Positions 49,101 to 55,648 of a stretch of 55,648 bases of DNA are shown here, one piece after another. This DNA comes from Macrostomum lignano (Eukaryota). The notes below the pieces were generated by a model, which saw nothing but the letters and a program-made list of their open reading frames with translations, made no database searches and was not told where the DNA came from. Each line of letters opens with the position of its first letter. The first letter of the stretch is position 1. The stretch is taken from NCBI GenBank assembly GCA_002269645.1, contig NIVC01001538.1, forward strand, positions 1 to 55,648. The letters are read 5' to 3'. Position numbers and translations under genes: made by a program.

Positions 49101-50770
49101 TTGGCTTATTCTGTGGATCCTGCCGGCACTCTGCTGTTTCTTATCTTTCCGACCTCGTGACAAAAGGAGAAAGGTAAGATTGCAACACATACTTCTATAA
49201 AGACATGTCCATCTACTTTTATTTCTCCTTTCATTCTGGAAAATCTTTTTCTTACTAGAAAAGGTTCTTTTTAAATAATTTCATGTAAATTCTGTATATA
49301 CTACTAATATAAAGTGCGCATTGGTTTTTCATTGTTTCTCAGGCTTGCCTACTCTAAAGCCATGGTTTCTAAGCTTCTGGACGATAATCCAGAAGACCAG
49401 AAGCTTGTTGTCTCTTATGACATCGGTTGCAAGCTTGCTGGTCACTTCAGTGATGCCAAAGTCAGCTTTGCCATTCTAGCTTTTCACTCATATGGCCACA
49501 AAGAGGCCTGCCAAACTAAGTTTGGCATTTGACACCAATCCGGAGTAGGCTTGACTGATGGCAAAAGCTGTGAATGGCTTTGGTCTATGTCACGGCGCTT
49601 TGGGCCACAGTTGAAGGAAATGACTCATGTCAACAGGCGCGAATTCCTTAACTATTGGGTGAGCTCCGTCAATCTAAACGTCATTAATACTATTAGTGAG
49701 TTGTCCGAAATTCTATGAAGTATAAGCATATACTTTGCAGCATTTTCCTAAACTATATCATAATCTCTTTATAGGGACAAAGTTTTTAATTACTAAGGCT
49801 TTTCTTACCAGTTAGCCTCTTTCAGCTGCCTGCCTTCATTTAATGCATGAATTTGTTCGCGTATGTTCATTTTCATCATTTTTTTCATCATAACTTTTTA
49901 ACTTCTTCCTAAATTTGTTTATAGGTGTCTGGCTTTTTCAACAAACCAAGGTAGAGGAGCAAAGCCTGAAGCGTTTTCAATTGAAGTTCAATCATTCTGC
50001 CAAAAGAATGGACTAGATGATATGTTGCATGTTTGCAATGGCCTAGTAGGGCTGTTCTACATTAAGAAAACTGAGTTACTACGTCAGCTATTGTAAACAT
50101 TGGAGGGAATGGTGAGCAATGATTATGGATAAGCTACTTTAATTAAAAAGGCATTATTTAATATTTAATATATTATTTTTTAATATTTAATATTTAATAT
50201 TTAATTGCGTCGTAAATGTTTAAATGCATTCGTTTTTGTTTTTGTCCCGTATCCAAAGAAAAATGTAAGCTGAAGCACTAAATATGTCCACACGCTGGAT
50301 AATAATGGCTAGTGTAGGCATCTACTTTATTTACTTTACTTTCACCAGGTGATATTGAATCCTTTGTCGGCAATTGTCGCGTTTGGGAGCAGGAGCTGCT
50401 GCATTCCGCTGATAATGACACTTGTGGACTAACGAGGAGAATGCCTAAAGAAGCTGTTCTCAGTAAGCTGCAGCAGCTAGCATGTGAACGTGCGTTTCTA
50501 ATTCGACAAGCAGCTACTGCAGCTGGCCAAAAGCTCAACAAAGTGCTAAACAGGTCTCTTAACAAACTTACTGCGAAGGGCGAGAAGCTAGTCAAAGAGC
50601 ACAATGCAAATTGCTATCCTACTGGAATGATCAGATTGACCAACATTTGGAACACCTGCACTGACGCTACTTCTGCAGTGCCTGATCACGCACTGAAGCG
50701 ACAAGTGGTCAAGCTATTAAAGCTTTATCAACGAATCAACGAAGAGGCTAGCCTGGTGGAGAAGAGCAGA
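46165..50770 (+). mobile_element. Decayed, intron-containing Kyakuja-Dileera-Zisupton (KDZ) transposase gene with CxC cysteine clusters
   Basis: Spliced exons give CCACRE..FRCKACHLLNICKTCLTSAHSHNPPHVVYKW (46600-46730), ECACTDIFANLLLHGFWPTQP (~48005-48065), LDACFGFRHRR (~48905), LDIFGLFCGSCRHSAVSYLSDLVTKGER (~49090-49172) and VVSYDIGCKL...AFHSYGHKEACQTKF...GVGLTDGKSCEWLWS (49343-49590). These match the KDZ hallmarks D-x-x-F, G-x-F-x-x-x-CRH..GE, YDIGC, FHxxGH...CQ and GxGLxDGExCERxWS. Premature stops and frameshifts are present. Confidence 0.87.
46733..47090 (-). mobile_element. tRNA-derived SINE inserted at the end of a KDZ transposase exon
   Basis: Full homology to 29316-29687. Poly(T) at 46733-46740 is the tail. 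The flanking direct repeat acaaatggac (46721-46730 and 47099-47108) is the likely TSD. Confidence 0.87.
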
Positions 50771-52190
50771 GGAGAGTAGGGAAGAACGGGGAAGAGGGGG
50801 AAGAGCGGAGGAGAGTGGGGAAGAGCGGAGGAGAGTGGAGAAGAGCGGAGGAGAGTGGAGAAGAGCGGAGGAGAGTGGGGAAGAGCGGGGAAGAGGGGGA
50901 AGAGTGGAGGAGAGTGGGGAAGAGCGAAGGAGAGGGGAAGAGCAGGGAAGAGGGGGGGAGAGCGGAGGAGAGTGGAGAAGAGCGGAGTAGAGTGGGGAAG
51001 ATCAGAGGAGAGTGGGGAAGAGCAGGGAAGAGCTGCAGAGAGGAGAGAAGAGCTGCAGAGAACAAAGAAGAGAGGATAAGCAGAGGAGAGCAGAAAGAGG
51101 GGGAGAGTGGGGAGCGATATAGAGTAGAGAGAGGGAGAGGGTGAGTGGGGGATGGGGGTAGAGTGAGTGGGAGGGAGAGGTGGATGGGGAGAGGTGGTGG
51201 CAAGGGGGTAGAGTAGGGGAGAGCGGGAGGCGGGGGAAAAGAGGGAGCAGTGTAGAGTAGGGAGAGGGGAAGAAGGGGAGAGGGGGAAGAGGGGAGAGGG
51301 GAAGAGGGGGAGAGGAGGAAGAGGGGAGAGGGGGAAAGGGGGACTAGTGGAGAGCAGGGGTAGAGTGGGGAGCAAGGGGAGAGGGGTAGAGTAGGGAGAG
51401 GGGCAGAGGGGTAGTAGGAGAGAGGGGGACTGGTAGAAAGGGGGAGAGTGGGAGTGAGCAGGGATATAGTAGGGGAAAAGGGGAGAGCAAGGGGAGAGCA
51501 GGGGAAAGCTGAAAGAGAGGGTGAGTAGGGAGCAGTGAAGAGTAGCAAGGGGGGAAGAGGGGAGAGAGGGTCTGGAAGAGAATGGAGGAGAGTAAGGGGA
51601 TAGCAGGGGAGAGTGGGAAGAGGGAGAGGGTAGGAGAGTAGTGAAGAGTAGGTTTAAGGGGGAGGAGAAAGGCAGACTGGATAATAGAAGAAAGAGTAAG
51701 GGAACAGTGTAGAATAAGGATGGGGAAGAGGGGGAATTAGAGCCTAGGGGAGAGAGGGAGAATAGGTGAGTAGGGTAGAGTAGAGGGAGAGATGAAAACT
51801 GAGGGAGAGGGGAAGAAAGTAGAGAATGTAGAGAAAGAAAAGGGAGAAGTGAGGGAAGGGGGGACTAGGGGAGAGAAGAGAATGGGCAAGCAATATAGTG
51901 TAGGGAGAGAAGAGAGAAAAAGAGACTTGGAGAGAGGGGGAAGAATGGGGAAGCAAGGGTAGAATAGGGGAGAGATAGAGAGCATTGGAGAGCAAAGGAA
52001 AGTGAATGAGATAAAGTGTGGAAAGAGGGCAGGAGAAAGTAGACAAGAGTGGTCAGAGCAAAGGAAAGGTAGAAAAGCCAGGGAGAATAGGCCCCTAAAG
52101 AAAGAGAGGATAATAAAGGAGAGGGAGTATAGTATAGGGTAAGGAGATATAGGGGAGAGAATATAGGGGTAAGAAGAAAAGTGGGGAGAA
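50760..52190. repeat. GA-rich polypurine tract truncating the KDZ ORF
   Basis: It begins as regular gaagagcggaggagagtgg units and degenerates rightwards into gagtag/gtatag-rich purine sequence. Confidence 0.9.
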
Positions 52191-52242
52191 TTAATTCTTT
52201 AAATTTATTTTTTTAACTGCATATAATATAATTAATTATAGT

Positions 52243-52792
52243 GGCAATCCTACACTTCCGTTCGGTAAATTATTTTGACATTGAATTTTGAACAGGCGTG
52301 GTAAATAACAATGTAACCAAACAAAACTAAAACAGTGGAACATGGTAGCAGTCTGTTAGAGCGCATAGTCACTTAGAGTGTCTATAGGTCATTAAGGTGT
52401 CTACAATGGATAGTAATGTCCAATCCAGTACAGGATAGCCCCAAATGGACATTGGGGATACAGACGACGCCAGAGAAATTCCTCAATGTGTGCATCAAAG
52501 AGAGCGTCGCTCGTGCCATGCATGTTGCGGATCTTGCGCTTCGCGTGGGCCCATGTGCCCTCCACGGTGTTGGTGTGGACATGTCTCCATGGCAATGAAG
52601 ACTGGAAGATATGAGAAATTGAAGCTCAATAAAACAAGCAGCTCACAAGCAACAGCTCCTTAAACTGACACCCCTTTAAACTCTGTTCGCTCAAACTTTT
52701 GGCCATAGACACATTGCCAATCGACGTCATTTGACTCGGTGGTACGAATTCAAATGTGAAAATAATTTACCGAACGGAAGTGTAGGATTGCC
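52243..52792 (-). mobile_element. Non-autonomous Merlin (IS1595-like) DNA transposon, internal deletion derivative
   Basis: ~45 bp TIRs ggcaatcctacacttccgttcggtaaattattt / aaataatttaccgaacggaagtgtaggattgcc. The internal C-terminal transposase remnant HTNTVEGTWAHAKRK...GTSDALFDAHIEEFLWRR (52401-52595) matches the IS1595/Merlin HTNxIEGxW...EFxWR motif. The TSD is not cleanly readable. Confidence 0.88.
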
Positions 52793-55648
52793 ATTAGGCC
52801 TATAGTCATATAGAAAGCTTAGCTCTGACTTGCTAACCTAGATTTATATAATTTAAAGTTGCTATATAAGACAAGGAGAGAAAGGCAAATAAAGATACAA
52901 AAAATTCATAGTAGGCTAAATTACTTGAAGTATAAAAAACTGAAATAGTATGGCAGGACTATTACTTCCATCTAGGCCAATGATAGAGATAGGCCTATAG
53001 GATAGGGCCTGTATATATACTAATGTAGGCCTTGTAGGCCAAATTAAAGTAATTTGCCATGTATTTTAAGCTATTAACTATCTACCTAATTGTGACCTTA
53101 CTAAACCACAGAATTCACATTGGCTATATATTAGTTCATATAATCATATGTGAATTATATTAGAATATAATTCACATACCACATGCTACAGCATGGCATG
53201 TGCTAAGCAGTTCCAAAATACCATAAGCTAGGGGCCTACCTACCATAAGCGAGTGGTCAGATATAATAATATATCAGTGCTTTACAAGGCCTACATGTTC
53301 GGTATAGCCTTAGAAGCATTCGTTTTGCATGGTTTTCGCTATGGTCTGGCGAACCTGAATTCGCGAAACTTATTATTACTTAATTTTTTATTAATAAGGA
53401 ATTTATTTTTCTGTCTTAAATTTTTCATAAAGTATTAAAGCTTAAAGAAAATAAAGTTTTGTTTTATAAGATGACGCAAAATTTGTTTTAAAACATTTGC
53501 CTCGGAACATATGCCTCGGTTCAGTTGATATCAACATCTGGGCCTCTTTTACCACTTATCTCATCTTGGAACTCGGATTAGGCTATACACACGTGTATAC
53601 ATAAAATATCACGCGGAAATTGCAGCTCAGAAAACGTACCTGAATTCTGCAGCCGCACCACCACCTACTCGACCAGATTAGAAACGAATATCTTGAGTTG
53701 CAATGTCGTCGCGGCCGTGCAACTTCTCTTAGAACTTCAGCAAATTTTAGTTACTATTACAAAAATAAAAATAAAAATTCTAAATATACTGAGAATTTAT
53801 TGAATTGCATGTACATGCGTTTTCCCCGACGCTGAGGGTCGAGAAGATCCAAGGCAATTGTGGTTAAGAATTAAGAGGATTCGATCCTCAACCCTTACCG
53901 ATTTCTTGTCTTATCTTAACTCATTGCATGGTTCTGTACGTGCGGCGGTGCATGGATTCGGCGATGTCTTGCGATGTTTGTCTTTGGCTTACCGATTTCC
54001 CGGGATCCTCTATGGAGCTCCCTCGTCGATCTCTCTGCAATCACTCCCGCTAAAGCTCCTCTAAATATAATTGTTCGAAATCACTGAAGCAGCAAGATTT
54101 TAGCAAAGTTGCTATAAAATGCATTTTTCAAGTCCGGGGTGAAAAATATTAGAGAGTTGTTGAGCAGATCTATGACGTCACGTACCCGACCAAGCGTAAT
54201 CCGTAGCCACATCACTGCATGCAAATGTACGGTACGTACATGTGTATAGATGTACGTCAGCCATTTGTAACTTCTCGCTATACATACATGTATGTACATG
54301 TACGACATGTATAGTAGAAGTTTATATAGAGAAACTTCTCGCTAGTTTTTTTGTCCCTTGATCGCCATGCAATTCCCGTACACTCCTAAATATGCATGTG
54401 TGACGTAATCAGGTTTTTAAAAGCTCGTACATGTAAGTAACATGTAACTTGCGATTGATATAAATTTTTGTTTTAATTTTAAGTACGGCCATTTCAGTAG
54501 GTCAGTTTTTGGAAGCCATCATGCACTATAATTCTGTCCACAGGAAGCGCCCATGGAGCTGCGGTCAAATTTGACAGCAAATGGTCACGCCATCATGCAG
54601 CAATACCAGAGTCTCACGACCCTGGAGATGAGTGTTAATTGTACTCCTATGAATGCGCGCGCCTGCGTACGTAACGGTGTTGGTTTAGGAGTCAGTGCAA
54701 ATGAAGGTAGAATTGCCTATATAGCCGCTGGTTCAGGTATACAGCAATTATAGCCGTCCTTGACATATATACATATGTATTATAGTCATTATATTTTCTT
54801 TATTAATTGCTTTTGGCGAAGTGTTGAACCAACCCTCCCAACAATCCCATGTAAAGCAAACTGCCTCTACTATTCAAAACCCGCACTCATGGCCTGCATA
54901 TGAGTCCTAAATGCATATACTACATTCATAATTAATGCACTAATCACTTATAATTGTCTGGATCTCCGTCCGTGCCTGCTGCTACAATAAACTAGCAATA
55001 TTAATTAGCAACGATCTCTATACTGCCTGAAGCTTGACTATAACGTACTCGCCCAGTGAAAAATGATTCATGGATTCCACGTGGGTTCCACGTGGCCATG
55101 TGGAATTTAAATGTTTCTTTAATTTTTGCAAATTAATGACTTAAAGATGACATAATGGTATGCAAAGTATTTTTTACGCATTATTTTTTTATTTTTACTG
55201 TCCTAATGTTGATGTGGATTTTACAAGGAATTCATGAGAAATAAGCGTATATTGATTCAATATGGAATCCACTTCGATAAAAAACTGTGATACACCACAT
55301 TCAGACGTTTTTATGAAATTTCTAAAATTAATTATTATATTTATATGCTTTTAAGTAAAAATTAATATCTTAAAGCTAAATTATAATCGGAAAAAAGGAC
55401 ACTTTTTGTTAAAATAGACAAAATAGAAGTAAACAATAAAAATGTTTCGTGCTTTTTAAAATTAAATTACTTTTTTATATTCGTCAATGTCTTGGTTCAA
55501 GGCCTTGAAAGATAAATTGCCTTGTTTATGGCTATTTAAGCACCTTAAAAAAATTAGTAGACCTAGCCTATAGGCAATAACTTATAAGACCATGGCCTCC
55601 ATGGGATTAGAAATTAGATAAATCAGTATTTTATCATAGATAGGCCTA

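Noticed and set aside
50728-52046. Pro/Leu/Ser-rich ORFs
   Set aside because: They are the antisense reading of the polypurine tract.
53780-54800. Clusters of tacatgta palindromes and short ORFs
   Set aside because: This is a common low-information motif with no TIR, TSD or coding signal that I can support.

Overview
Eukaryotic (animal-like) genomic DNA: GT-AG introns, TTAGGG repeats, and many satellites and MITEs. The style suggests an invertebrate such as a flatworm, but that is inference only. Host genes: a spliced 1-acylglycerol-3-phosphate acyltransferase (AGPAT, +, several indels), three tandem SMP-30/regucalcin (gluconolactonase) paralogs (-), a two-exon cyclophilin (+), and an intronless GPANK1-like G-patch gene (-) whose ankyrin region appears replaced by several SUMO-interacting motifs. 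Mobile or captured DNA: a 5'-truncated non-LTR retrotransposon, three copies of a tRNA-derived SINE, two hAT-type MITEs, a Merlin (IS1595-like) deletion derivative, an orphan KDM3-type JmjC exon, and a decayed, intron-containing Kyakuja-Dileera-Zisupton (KDZ) transposase gene (~46.2-50.8 kb). That transposase sits beside strongly CpG-depleted, TpA-rich DNA and carries lesions explicable by CpG deamination. Large tandem arrays (23, ~20, 49, ~22, 17 and 32 bp units) make up a large part of the window. There is no CRISPR array, rRNA or bona fide tRNA. Most entries in the ORF track are artefacts of repeats or antisense frames.
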